Source: Candidatus Bathyarchaeota archaeon (GTDB lineage Archaea > Thermoproteota > Bathyarchaeia > Bathyarchaeales > Bathycorpusculaceae). Taken from it: DNA of 64,000 bases. Below the pieces are notes generated by a model. It made no database searches. It worked only from the letters and a program-made list of their open reading frames with translations, and was not told the DNA's origin. Made by a program: the position numbers and the translations under genes. The DNA is taken from NCBI GenBank assembly GCA_963806535.1, contig CAWDYC010000008.1, positions 96,001 through 160,000 on the forward strand, read 5' to 3'. Below, in pieces: positions 31,550 to 41,318 of this stretch (within the stretch, counting starts at the first letter, position 1; every line of letters begins with the position of its first letter).

Positions 31550-31626
31550 AACGCAAAGAAACGCAATACAACGGGAATAAACGCATTTCAACGGGGAACA
31601 ACGGGAAAAAACGCAACTTGCAAACG
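31550..31626. repeat. Second 10-bp-period array (AACG-phased)
   Basis: AACG at 31550, 31560, 31570, 31580, 31590, 31600 and 31610, plus an off-phase copy at 31623. Confidence 0.85.
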
Positions 31627-31766
31627 CAGCAAACCCTGAACAGAAGAAACAACTTAAAACACAAATAACAGAATTTGTATCTTTTGAATTGTCTTTTATC
31701 ATGGACTATCTGGGTGGTGTTAATTTTAATAAGTCTCCCAATTAGTATTTCTTCTGAGCGAAGAAC

Positions 31767-33548
31767 ATGGATTACGCGGTTATAGCTGAAGCCTACGAGA
31801 AAATTGAAGCGACATCAAAAAGGCTAGAAATGACCGATCTGCTAGTAGACCTGCTTAAGAAAACGCCTAAAGAGGTCATGGCTAAGGTGGTTTATTTGAC
31901 GCAGGGTAAATTGTACCCAGACTTTATGGGCGTGGAGATGGGCATTGCTGAAAAATTAGCAATAAAAGCCTTAGCCCGAGCATCTGGACAAAGTGAAAGC
32001 TTTATTTTGTCTGAACTTCAAAAAAGCGGGGACATCGGTCAAACATCGGAGAAGCTTTTGGCTAAACGCAAACAATCCACCTTCTTTACAAAGAAGCTGA
32101 CTGTTGAGCATGTTTATGAGACGCTGGATAAAATGGCTAAAACCTCTGGTTCCGGCGCTGTTGACACAAAAATGGCGTTGCTCTGCAGCTTGTTAACTGA
32201 TGCTTCTCATCACGAGGCAAAATGGATAATGCGCACTGTAACAGCCAATCTGCGCCTCGGCATTGCTGATATGACGGTTCTGGATGCCTTAGCGATTGCG
32301 TATGGCGGAGGAAAAGAAGCCCGCAAACTTGTTGAACGTGCTTACAGCATCTCTTCTGACCTTGGTCGAGTTGCTGACGTGGTTGTCGAAAAAGGTGTGG
32401 ATGGAATAAAAAACTTCCAAGTTGCAGTTTTTGAACCAATAAGACCTATGCTGGCAGAGCGCTTGGCTTCGCCTGAAGAAATTTTGGAAAAATTCGGCGG
32501 CAAATGCGTAGCCGAATACAAGTACGATGGAGAACGGGTTCAAGCGCACAAGAAAGACGGCAAAGTAATACTATTTTCCAGACGGTTAGAAAATATTTCT
32601 AGCCAGTATCCTGATGCGGTGGAGTTGGTTAAGGAAAAGATTGATGCGAAAGAAGCCATTTTGGAAGCTGAATGTGTTGCTATGGATTTAGAAACTGGTG
32701 ACATGCGTCCATTTCAAGAGTTAATGCATCGAAGACGTAAATACGGAGTTGAAGAAGCCATTGAGCAATATCCCATTTCACTTTTCCCCTTTGACCTGCT
32801 TTATGTTGACGGTAAAGATTTAACCCTTGAACCGCTGCCCAAAAGACGAAAAGAACTTCAACGCATAATAAAGCAAACTGACCGCGTAACACCTGCCATT
32901 CATAAACTCGTTAGTAGTCCTAAAGAGCTTGAGGATTTCTTTGAAGAAGCCATAGAGAAAGGCTGCGAAGGATTAATGTGCAAATCCGTCTCCAAAGACT
33001 CAGTTTACCAAGCAGGCAACCGCGGTTGGCTCTGGATAAAATATAAACGCGATTACAAAAGCGAAATGACCGACACCGTTGATCTTGTGGTTGTGGGAGC
33101 TTTCCATGGCAGAGGAAAACGTGTGGGAGCATATGGTGCATTGCTCTTAGCCACTTACAACGATGAAAAAGACACATTTGAAACAGTTACAAAATGCGGT
33201 ACAGGCTTCACAGATAAAGACTTGGCAACGCTACATGAAACTCTCCAGAAACATATAATTCCCAAAAAGAATTCGCGAGTGGTTTCAATGATGCAGGCAG
33301 ATGTTTGGTTTGAACCCAGTTTGGTTCTTGAAATTTTAGGCGCGGAAATCACCCTCAGCCCAATTCACCCATGCGCTATGGATTCAATACGAAAAGGAAG
33401 CGGTTTGGCAATTCGTTTTCCACGTTTTACAGGTAAATACCGAACAGACAAAAGCCCCGAAGACGCAACCACTTCAAAAGAAATTGTAGAGATGTATCAA
33501 GGGCAACTAAAAAAAATCAGCGAAACACAGACCCCAGAGAAAAGCTAA
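31767..33548 (+). CDS. lig: ATP-dependent DNA ligase
   Basis: EYKYDGER, EGLMCK, WIKYKRDY, IRFPRF. Confidence 0.97.
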   Translation: MDYAVIAEAYEKIEATSKRLEMTDLLVDLLKKTPKEVMAKVVYLTQGKLYPDFMGVEMGIAEKLAIKALARASGQSESFILSELQKSGDIGQTSEKLLAKRKQSTFFTKKLTVEHVYETLDKMAKTSGSGAVDTKMALLCSLLTDASHHEAKWIMRTVTANLRLGIADMTVLDALAIAYGGGKEARKLVERAYSISSDLGRVADVVVEKGVDGIKNFQVAVFEPIRPMLAERLASPEEILEKFGGKCVAEYKYDGERVQAHKKDGKVILFSRRLENISSQYPDAVELVKEKIDAKEAILEAECVAMDLETGDMRPFQELMHRRRKYGVEEAIEQYPISLFPFDLLYVDGKDLTLEPLPKRRKELQRIIKQTDRVTPAIHKLVSSPKELEDFFEEAIEKGCEGLMCKSVSKDSVYQAGNRGWLWIKYKRDYKSEMTDTVDLVVVGAFHGRGKRVGAYGALLLATYNDEKDTFETVTKCGTGFTDKDLATLHETLQKHIIPKKNSRVVSMMQADVWFEPSLVLEILGAEITLSPIHPCAMDSIRKGSGLAIRFPRFTGKYRTDKSPEDATTSKEIVEMYQGQLKKISETQTPEKS

Positions 33549-33595
33549 AACTGATAAGCATCAACAGCTAAAATAAGGAGCAGGCGTGAACTTCG

Positions 33596-34216
33596 TTGTC
33601 TCAAGATACAGAAAAAATGAAATCGCTAATAGCATTCAAAAAGCGAATGGAAGACCAACTGGAAAAATTAAACGCTGAAGCAAAAGAAGTTCAAGCTGCC
33701 TTGGACACGGTTAACGGAATGTTGCTTGATAAAGGCTTCAAGCGTGGAGAAATCAAAGAAGTTCCTGAGATGCCTGTGCCAAGGGACGTAGTTTTGCCGA
33801 AGCAAGAGCTTGAGCCGCCGACAGTTGTAGTACAACGCGGTGCACCTTTGCAAACGGAAAAGGAAAGTGTAATTCCCCTAAAAACCATGGCTGAAGAGCC
33901 TTTGGCATTAATGTATTTTGAAAAGCAAGCCATCCATGTTTTGCCAGATGAAAGCAAAAACTTCAGCGTTAACACGCCGCCTTTCACTAATTTTCTTGTT
34001 GAAAAAGTCTTCGCTAAAATGCAAGAAAAAGATACAGAACTTGTCAAAACGAAACAGTTAGCAGCGGACAAAATGTTCTCATTTAACATTGTCCGTGAAG
34101 GCGACCAAATTCGCGAAATAGTAATAAAAAACGTAGATGAAGAAAGACTGAAGGAACTAAAGTCGAGCATCCGCTGGACTTTTGAGAAAATGTATGAAAA
34201 AATGAAAAGTGCCTAA
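33596..34216 (+). CDS. Hypothetical protein with N-terminal coiled coil
   Basis: 206 aa; TPPF..FLV.KVF, ELKSSIRWTFEKMYE; co-oriented with lig. Confidence 0.7.
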   Translation: MSQDTEKMKSLIAFKKRMEDQLEKLNAEAKEVQAALDTVNGMLLDKGFKRGEIKEVPEMPVPRDVVLPKQELEPPTVVVQRGAPLQTEKESVIPLKTMAEEPLALMYFEKQAIHVLPDESKNFSVNTPPFTNFLVEKVFAKMQEKDTELVKTKQLAADKMFSFNIVREGDQIREIVIKNVDEERLKELKSSIRWTFEKMYEKMKSA

Positions 34217-34217
34217 T

Positions 34218-34544
34218 TTACTGTGAATGCTTTTGCAATGTATCAACGATTTTGTTTTTAGGGCACAAACCAACAAGTCTTTCTGCTTCTTGACCATTTT
34301 TAAAAACAATCATCGTTGGTATGCTGAAAACCTGGAAGCGTTCAGCAGTAGATGGGTTCTCATCAACATCAAGTTTGCCAATTAAAATTTTGCCATTGTA
34401 TTCTTTGGCTAATTCCACAATGGTAGGAGCTAAAGCTCGGCATGGTCCACACCAATTGGCCCAAAAATCAACAAAAACCAAGTTGTTTTTCTTGATTGTT
34501 TCTTCGAAGTTTGCATCTGTTATATGAAAAGGTTCAGAACTCAT
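34218..34544 (-). CDS. trxA: Thioredoxin
   Basis: DFWANWCGPC, SIPT. Confidence 0.95.
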   Translation of the reverse strand: MSSEPFHITDANFEETIKKNNLVFVDFWANWCGPCRALAPTIVELAKEYNGKILIGKLDVDENPSTAERFQVFSIPTMIVFKNGQEAERLVGLCPKNKIVDTLQKHSQ

Positions 34545-34638
34545 TTATTTTGACTCCTTAATATAATAGAATTTAAGATTTCTGTGATATAAACCGTTCG
34601 TGATGCCTGAAGCGGGTTTTCTGTGGGTTAGATAAGCT

Positions 34639-35847
34639 CTAGAAACTCACGAAGTTGAATTTAATTATTGATACGACTCCCCATAGATTGACGAGCAAGC
34701 TTAGAATTATGAGGGCTTTTTCTGGCCAGGCCAAGTTTTCTCTCGTGCCCTTGGCTGTTAACAAAATGAGAAAAGGGGTAAAATCAAGGCTGAAACGGTA
34801 GCCAAACTGAGTAAACCCTACAGTGCCATGAGTAATTAAGGGTGGAAGGATACATAATACGGCTAAAGCAGAGTATTTGCTTAGTTTGTTCCAAGGACCT
34901 TTGAAGATATAGATAAATGCTGGCGTAGTGAAAAACAAGCCTAAACCCATCCATGATGGCTTAAAGTACGGAAATGAATTAAGCAGAATTGGTCCCTGGA
35001 AAAATATTGCGTAAATGTGTCTAGGAATATAGGCAATGTTAAAGATTCCCTGTAGGAAAAATTGATCCTGTTGGATTCCAGGTATAAGACCATATCCGGC
35101 ATCCAAAATTGTTCCGTAACGAGCAAAATTGTAAAGAAGATATAAAGTAACTGGTATTGCTATGCCTATGAAAAAATATGCTGCTTGCTTAAGTCTTGGT
35201 TTCCAAGATTCATTCGTCTGATAGATAAGAAACAAAAAGAATGGGAATGCCAAAGCCACTGGAAGTCGCGACAAAGTAGCAAAACCTAACAATAACCCAA
35301 CGAAAAAATTGTTCTTCTTATAAAAAGCCAGCACTATTGCAGATGTGAGAAAAAGAACCGCCGCAACCTCTTCAATGTACCATGATGAACCGACTGCGGC
35401 GGTGAACCAAAAACAAGTTCCAAATCCGAAAAGTGCGGTTAACCATAAGACTTTGCTTCCTTGTACTCCTGTTTTTTTGAGCATAAGCCATATGAGGGAA
35501 ACGGATAAACTTGCAAGAATTATGGAAATTACGCTTTGATCAATCGAAGTGCCAAAAACTGCTACAACAGGCATCAAAATCACGGCGGGCATGGGAGGGT
35601 AAACCACATAAAAGTTGCCGTTGAGGGGAACAAGTTCCTGCAATGAAGTTCCGGCACCCGTAACTCCCAATCTGCCATGAAGGAAAGCATCAGCTAAATA
35701 AACAAAATGATCCTGCCCAGGCGGCGGACCTTTAGACAACACAAAAATAAAGAAAGATACCAGAGCAATTAGAATAAATTTCTGGACAGTTCCCAAAGAC
35801 TCCATTTTTGAGACTACTCGCCGAAATCCCTGGCTGATTTTGTCCAA
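34639..35847 (-). CDS. Polytopic membrane protein, GT-C glycosyltransferase-like
   Basis: YLADAFLHGRL, YVVYPPMPA, YNFARYG, QFGYRFSLDF; about 11 TM helices. Confidence 0.65.
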   Translation of the reverse strand: MDKISQGFRRVVSKMESLGTVQKFILIALVSFFIFVLSKGPPPGQDHFVYLADAFLHGRLGVTGAGTSLQELVPLNGNFYVVYPPMPAVILMPVVAVFGTSIDQSVISIILASLSVSLIWLMLKKTGVQGSKVLWLTALFGFGTCFWFTAAVGSSWYIEEVAAVLFLTSAIVLAFYKKNNFFVGLLLGFATLSRLPVALAFPFFLFLIYQTNESWKPRLKQAAYFFIGIAIPVTLYLLYNFARYGTILDAGYGLIPGIQQDQFFLQGIFNIAYIPRHIYAIFFQGPILLNSFPYFKPSWMGLGLFFTTPAFIYIFKGPWNKLSKYSALAVLCILPPLITHGTVGFTQFGYRFSLDFTPFLILLTAKGTRENLAWPEKALIILSLLVNLWGVVSIIKFNFVSF

Positions 35848-35940
35848 TTATACTACCTATTGAATTCTGAATTCGTTAGAAAAGAATTTAAACATTCGTT
35901 AAATTTTCTCAAAAAAATCAGGCAATTCCTTTTATCAATG

Positions 35941-36372
35941 CTATTTGCAGGCCTTCATTTTCTCCAATAAAGCCTTGAACACAGCGTAAGAATTCTTGGG
36001 GTCTGAAATCTCTGAGGCGGCCTTCTCGAAGGGGCATACCCCAGTTTTCTTTAAGTCCAAAACATTATCTACCAACGTTTCCCACTGGCAAATGACTTTG
36101 TTTTCTTGGAAAAGGGCTTGGGCTTTTTTGCTTAAAACTTCCGCATAAACTTCATGTATCCCAGCATAAACGCACAGGAGTGCTAATGCTTTGCCAGCAA
36201 CTCGATCTGCAACTGAAGCGCCATTCAATTCCTTGCCTAGGGTGTCAATTGCATGAATGAAACCTGAGATTCTATGTGAATCAGTTTGAAAAAGCACTTG
36301 ACTATTTTTTACTATGGAAAGCGTTAGCTGCTTACTATAGAGCTGTTCTTTAGCGATTTCGAGGTCTTGCAT
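35941..36372 (-). CDS. DUF1893 (TM1506-like) protein
   Basis: VADRVAGKA.A, YAEVLS, CPFEK. Confidence 0.85.
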   Translation of the reverse strand: MQDLEIAKEQLYSKQLTLSIVKNSQVLFQTDSHRISGFIHAIDTLGKELNGASVADRVAGKALALLCVYAGIHEVYAEVLSKKAQALFQENKVICQWETLVDNVLDLKKTGVCPFEKAASEISDPKNSYAVFKALLEKMKACK

Positions 36373-36424
36373 TATTCTTCACCACTTTGGATGTCGGGTA
36401 GCATAAACGCAATTGTTTTTTGAA

Positions 36425-36856
36425 TTATTCAGCAGTAATTTTGAAAAGTTGATTCTCGGGCACTTCGGCAAGTTGCCAAGCATAAGCCTCTGTTAATTTA
36501 TCTTCTTTTTTCTTTTCCTCTATTGTCTCTCTAAATTTTTTGGCAAGTGTTATTTTCACTATTTTTCCAGTTTCTTCAACCATAAAAGTTGCTTGAATGG
36601 TTTTTGAGTTTTTAAATTGTAGACGTTGATTGCCAATTGTGCATGTTGTGGAAACTTGTATGCCGTCAAGCAAACAAGAAAACGGAGGGAATAACGGCAC
36701 AGCAACTTCTGCCCTCAGGTGCTCTATTTCAGTATTGGAAATGTTTAGTGTTTTTTTGGCTGCAGCACCCATCCTTAAGCCTATAACTAAGTAAGGTCCA
36801 ACGTGTCCATGAAGTTGGCGCGCGAATTCAATAATTGCTTGTTGTTCGGTTGGCAT
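36425..36856 (-). CDS. FmdE (formylmethanofuran dehydrogenase subunit E) family protein
   Basis: HGHVGPYLVIGLRMG, SCLLDGIQVSTTCTIGN; start at MPTEQQ. Confidence 0.85.
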   Translation of the reverse strand: MPTEQQAIIEFARQLHGHVGPYLVIGLRMGAAAKKTLNISNTEIEHLRAEVAVPLFPPFSCLLDGIQVSTTCTIGNQRLQFKNSKTIQATFMVEETGKIVKITLAKKFRETIEEKKKEDKLTEAYAWQLAEVPENQLFKITAE

Positions 36857-36870
36857 GGATGTTCGCTTTC

Positions 36871-37950
36871 TTAGTTGGTGTTTGTGTTTATTGAGGGTTG
36901 CTGTATGTTTTTGAATGGGTCGAGTTTGTCGTATTTTTTGTGGCGCCAGTACCCGAAGGAGAACAACCAAGAAACAACAAAGATACCTATTATACCAAAA
37001 CCCACCATCTCAAAATTAAGCGCGTGTAGCCAGCCCCAAAATATTCCACTCAGGTTTAGTTCATTTGATAGCACTTGCAAAAGTTCCAACGTGCCGATTA
37101 CCCATGCAACAAGTACCGAAATTACCGTGACGGTTAAGTTGTAATAAATCTTTCTAATTGGATTTAAGAATGCCCAGCCATAAGCCATACGCATTGCAAC
37201 ACCATCAGCGGTGTCCACAGTGACCATACCGCAAGTGAACAATAACGGCAGAATAAGAACGTAGTAAAGAGGAATACCTGTGGAAACGCCGATTCCAACG
37301 CTTATAGCGATAAGAGCAATTTCGCTAGCGGTATCAAACCCTAAGCCGAAGAGTACACCGACTGGGTAGATATGCCATGGTTTGCTTATGAGTTTGAACA
37401 GCGGCCGGAAGAAGCGGTTCATAAAACCGCGGTCTTGCAATAGATTTTCGAGCTCATCTGGATTCATTTTTCCCTGTTTTAGAGTTTGAAAAATCTTGTA
37501 TAAACCGATGACTATAACGGCGTTAATGAAGCCAATTATCCATAGGAAGCTTCCTGAGACCAAGGTTCCGATTACTGCGCCTGCATTTTGAAGCGCTGGA
37601 ATGTTGGCCGTAACAGTTCTTGTGGCAAAAATCAGACCGAGTATTAGAGCAACAACCACTGTTGAGTGACCAAGAGAGAACCACATTCCTACAGTGTAAG
37701 GGCGTTTTCCTTCTTGCATTAGTTTTCTTGTTGTGTTGTCGATGGCTGCTATGTGGTCCGCGTCTACTCCGTGTCGCAAGCCAAAGACGTAGGCTACGAT
37801 GCCTAAGCCGCCGAGGACAACGGCGATTTTTCCTATGACAAAAGCTGCAGAGAAACCGACTGCGGTGATTGTTAGGAGTGTGGTGAAGATTATGGCTATT
37901 TTGATTTTTTCGTTGCGCGAAAGCCCGAAGTTTGCAGATTTTGCCGTCAT
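36871..37950 (-). CDS. HoxN/HupN/NixA family high-affinity nickel/cobalt transporter (NiCoT)
   Basis: GLRHGVDADHIAAID, FSLGHSTVV, LFGLGFDTASE. Confidence 0.95.
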   Translation of the reverse strand: MTAKSANFGLSRNEKIKIAIIFTTLLTITAVGFSAAFVIGKIAVVLGGLGIVAYVFGLRHGVDADHIAAIDNTTRKLMQEGKRPYTVGMWFSLGHSTVVVALILGLIFATRTVTANIPALQNAGAVIGTLVSGSFLWIIGFINAVIVIGLYKIFQTLKQGKMNPDELENLLQDRGFMNRFFRPLFKLISKPWHIYPVGVLFGLGFDTASEIALIAISVGIGVSTGIPLYYVLILPLLFTCGMVTVDTADGVAMRMAYGWAFLNPIRKIYYNLTVTVISVLVAWVIGTLELLQVLSNELNLSGIFWGWLHALNFEMVGFGIIGIFVVSWLFSFGYWRHKKYDKLDPFKNIQQPSINTNTN

Positions 37951-37952
37951 GG

Positions 37953-37980
37953 GTAACACTTTTTTGAGTTTTAGTGTTAC
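37953..37980. promoter_or_regulatory. NikR operator
   Basis: GTAACACT-N12-AGTGTTAC (= GTAACA-N16-TGTTAC, 28 bp) between the minus-strand TATA TTTTATAT (~37986-37993) and the NiCoT ATG. Confidence 0.8.
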
Positions 37981-38031
37981 TGAGCATATAAAAGCTTTTA
38001 GGCACAACAAACACTTTTTACTTGACCATAA

Positions 38032-38439
38032 ATGTCAAAAGTCACCCGCGTAGGAGTAACGTTCCCGCCTGAACTTCTCAAAGACTTCGACGAAATCCTA
38101 AACAAAATGGGTTATGAAAGCCGCAGCAAAGCTATCCAAGACGCAGTTAGGTTGTATGTTTCTGATCGAAAATGGATAACAGAAGAAGAAACTGTCCAAA
38201 CAGGAGTGATACTTATGGTTTATGACCATGATGCGAAAGGACTGGAAAGCGAATTAACCGAAACGCAGCACGAACACTCCTCAATCATAACTTCAACCCT
38301 TCATATCCACATTAGCGAAAGAGACTGTTTAGAAGCCATAGCAGTAAAAGGCAAAGCGTCAGAAATACATCATTTAAGCGACGAATTAACAACCAGAAGA
38401 GGAGTAAAAATCCTCAAAACAACGATAGTAACCGTTTAG
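38032..38439 (+). CDS. nikR: Nickel-responsive regulator NikR
   Basis: RHH domain RVGVTF...GYESRSKAIQDA; QHEH, TLHIH...CLE nickel ligands. Confidence 0.95.
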   Translation: MSKVTRVGVTFPPELLKDFDEILNKMGYESRSKAIQDAVRLYVSDRKWITEEETVQTGVILMVYDHDAKGLESELTETQHEHSSIITSTLHIHISERDCLEAIAVKGKASEIHHLSDELTTRRGVKILKTTIVTV

Positions 38440-38510
38440 AACTCTTTTAAAAAAAATAAAGTTGAGAATTTTGTTTTTGCGAAAGTTGCGACTTTCAGTT
38501 TACCACTAAG

Positions 38511-40103
38511 TTACGTCTTTCTTCTTTTTCTCATTATGAGCACAATTGCAGGAGTAATTCCCACAATCAACAATGTCAAAACAACCATTGATGGAAACTC
38601 TGGTGCTAAAGGTGTTTGTGCAGGTGAGACTGAGGGAGAATTGGTTGGTGTTGCTGTTGATGTGGCTGGTGGCGACGTTGGCGTGGAAGCAGGCGAATTT
38701 GTAGGTGTTGGGCTTGCGCTAGCTGTAGGCGTCGGCGATGAGTCAGAGGTGAATACTGCGAAGATGGTTGTTGCACCATTAACGTTTTGGATGGGGTAAG
38801 AACTCATGGCGCCAACAGAAGTTCCATTCACTAAAACATCCGCTATATGAAAGCCGGTATTGGCGGTTATTGTAAAAGTTTTGCCGCCGCCATAGTTAAG
38901 GCTGACAATTCCGCTTGGAGAAATAGAGCCGCCAGCGCCAACAGTCGAATTTACAAATGTTGGGGCTTGAGTATTTGGTGCTGTCAAGAAAGGAATAAAT
39001 GACGTATTTCCGTAGTTAAAATCGTTTTTAAAGTCATAAATTGTCTGATTTATTGCTTGAATATTGTTTGTTCCCCACCAATTATAAGACGCGTTAATGT
39101 CTGCGGAACCGAGCACATATAGGTTGTATTGGTTCCCGTAAATGTTGTTGTACAAAATTAATGGTTTTGAACTAACGGTGCCTATTCCATAAGGATTACT
39201 ATTAATTGTATTATTTTCTACGATGCTGACGTCATTAGAATCTAGAAAAATTCCAAAGCTCCATGTGCCGTTATTACTACAAATTACATTTCGAATGATA
39301 GTATTGTTGGTTTGATAGAAAAAGTCGTTAGCGGAAGAAATCCCCATTTCCCAACCATAGATTGAATTGTCTATAATTGTTGCATTTCCAATCGAGTAAA
39401 CCCCATACCCAAGAGTGTTAATTCCTGACATTGTATTATTAGAAATTGTTGGCGAAGTTTGCCGTTCTATGGGTATGGCTTTAACAGTAATCCCGTTGGT
39501 TACCCTACCGGAGCAGTTCATAGTTATAGTGTTGCTTGAAATGATGGGTGAGCCGCCACTTACAATAATTGCCTCCTCATAGGAATTCTGGCTTTGATTA
39601 AAAGTGATTATGTTATTGTCAATTTTTGGGGATGCTCCATCAATTTCTACAGGTATATAGTTTAAGTTTGCATTTTGAATTATCGAGCCAGTACCTGTCA
39701 GCTCGTTCCATCTGCTGCTCCTGGAAGTAAACAGAATTTGATAACCTGAACTACCAGTATTAACATACCCAGGATAGCCTGAATGAACGTTTGAATTGCC
39801 ATTTATCACAATTGGATTATTTGATTGACCTCTGGAATCGAGGGTTCCATTTACTTGTAAATAATTCGTTCCAATGTTTACGATAACACCAGGTTGAATT
39901 GTTAAGGTTACGCCAGCATTAATGGCAATAGGTCCAGTAAATGTGTAAGGACTATTTGCTTGTGTCCAAGTAGTGTCTGAAGTAATTACGCCACTAACAT
40001 TGGTACCTGAACTCTGCGCTTCTCCGAAATGAACAGTCGTGACTAAAACCAAAGAAACAACAATTATGACAATCAATAATAAACTGAACAGTGACTTTTT
40101 CAT
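38511..40103 (-). CDS. Cell-surface parallel beta-helix (NosD-like) protein with Pro/Thr linker and PEF-CTERM sorting motif
   Basis: Signal peptide, SDTTWT..NSPY, Asn-rich beta-helix repeats, NASYNWWG, PEFP + TM helix + RKRRK. Confidence 0.8.
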   Translation of the reverse strand: MKKSLFSLLLIVIIVVSLVLVTTVHFGEAQSSGTNVSGVITSDTTWTQANSPYTFTGPIAINAGVTLTIQPGVIVNIGTNYLQVNGTLDSRGQSNNPIVINGNSNVHSGYPGYVNTGSSGYQILFTSRSSRWNELTGTGSIIQNANLNYIPVEIDGASPKIDNNIITFNQSQNSYEEAIIVSGGSPIISSNTITMNCSGRVTNGITVKAIPIERQTSPTISNNTMSGINTLGYGVYSIGNATIIDNSIYGWEMGISSANDFFYQTNNTIIRNVICSNNGTWSFGIFLDSNDVSIVENNTINSNPYGIGTVSSKPLILYNNIYGNQYNLYVLGSADINASYNWWGTNNIQAINQTIYDFKNDFNYGNTSFIPFLTAPNTQAPTFVNSTVGAGGSISPSGIVSLNYGGGKTFTITANTGFHIADVLVNGTSVGAMSSYPIQNVNGATTIFAVFTSDSSPTPTASASPTPTNSPASTPTSPPATSTATPTNSPSVSPAQTPLAPEFPSMVVLTLLIVGITPAIVLIMRKRRKT

Positions 40104-40274
40104 TCGCTCATCCGCGCATTGAGCTACGTATGAATGAGTTATATATTAACATTTACGACTTTGGAGTCAGTAACCGTTCCTAATTACAAAAAGAGGTTTT
40201 ATCCAAATTAGATAAATTAAGTAATTTTAAGAGAATAATTAATGAAATTAGGGTTTTAAAATAGTCGAAAAGAT

Positions 40275-41180
40275 TTAGACTTCAAACATGCGTTCCAATG
40301 AAGCTCTAGCCTTCTTCGCAACTGCGTCTGGAACTTTAACAACGTTCTTTTCTTCTTTTAGGGCAGCGTAGAGTCTGTCTAGCGTAGTGAGCTTCATGTT
40401 TGGGCAAACTGCTCCTTCATATGCTAAGTAGAAGTTTTTTTCTGGGTTCTCTTTCCTCAGGCGGTGTAGGAGACCTTCTTCTGTTCCAATTATGAAGTTT
40501 TCGGCATCGGATTCTTTTGCGAAACGACACATTTTGGATGTGCTACCAACATAGTCAGCGACTTTGCGCATTTCTGTACTGCATTCAGGATGAACCATAA
40601 CGGTTGCGTCGGGATGCTGCATTTTAAGTACGGTTATGTCTTCAGGCTGGAAGAGCAGGTGTGTCGGGCAGAACCCGTTTTCAGGAATAGGAATCAGCGT
40701 TTTTCCTGTTTTTTCTGAAACGTATTCGGCGAGGTTCTTGTCAGGGCCAAAAAGTATTGTGTCAGCATCAAGTGACTTTATAACTTCCACCGCGTTCGCG
40801 CTTGTACAGCAAACATCGCAGTGTGCTTTGCATGAAGCCAAAGTGTTAACATATAACACAACTGGAGCACCCGGATACTTGGCTTTAGCCCGTTTTATTT
40901 CGTCCACTGTTAACATCTGAGCCATCGGACATCTTGCGCCTAAACAGGGCAAAAGAACCTTCTTATCCGGATTCAAAATTGCAGCCGACTCAGCCATGAA
41001 ATCTACCGCTGAGAAAAGTATCATTTCAGCGTCTTTTTCCTGTGCTGCTTTGCGGCTTAACTCGATGCTATCGCCCACATAGTCGGCAATGTCCTGGATC
41101 TCTGACCGTTGGTAATTATGAGCCAAAATAACCGCTTTTTTTTCTTTCTTGAGCCTAAGGATTTTATCAACTAAAGCCAT
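40275..41180 (-). CDS. nadA: Quinolinate synthase
   Basis: ILAHNYQ, DYVGDS, FMAESA, CPMA, TSANA, HPEC, CPNMK. Confidence 0.95.
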   Translation of the reverse strand: MALVDKILRLKKEKKAVILAHNYQRSEIQDIADYVGDSIELSRKAAQEKDAEMILFSAVDFMAESAAILNPDKKVLLPCLGARCPMAQMLTVDEIKRAKAKYPGAPVVLYVNTLASCKAHCDVCCTSANAVEVIKSLDADTILFGPDKNLAEYVSEKTGKTLIPIPENGFCPTHLLFQPEDITVLKMQHPDATVMVHPECSTEMRKVADYVGSTSKMCRFAKESDAENFIIGTEEGLLHRLRKENPEKNFYLAYEGAVCPNMKLTTLDRLYAALKEEKNVVKVPDAVAKKARASLERMFEV

Positions 41181-41318
41181 ATTTTCGCCAAGTAGTGTTA
41201 AGTTGAAAATTAAAGAGGACAAATCAAGAGATATATGCTTTTACCTTTCTCTATAGAAGATTAAACCTAAAAAACAAAGAAAAACTCTCAATTTGCTTTG
41301 GCATATTATGTTTAGGAT

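Noticed and set aside
31341-31626. Decamer arrays as a CRISPR array or replication origin
   Set aside because: Units are 10 bp and degenerate with no unique 30-40 bp spacers or cas genes; no ORB consensus with a G-string and no cdc6/orc1 in the window.
38536-38799. Antisense and alternate-frame ORFs in the track (e.g. 38536-38799, 33691-34170, 48800-49321, 61216-61728, 37523-38014)
   Set aside because: They shadow well-supported genes and carry no motifs of their own.
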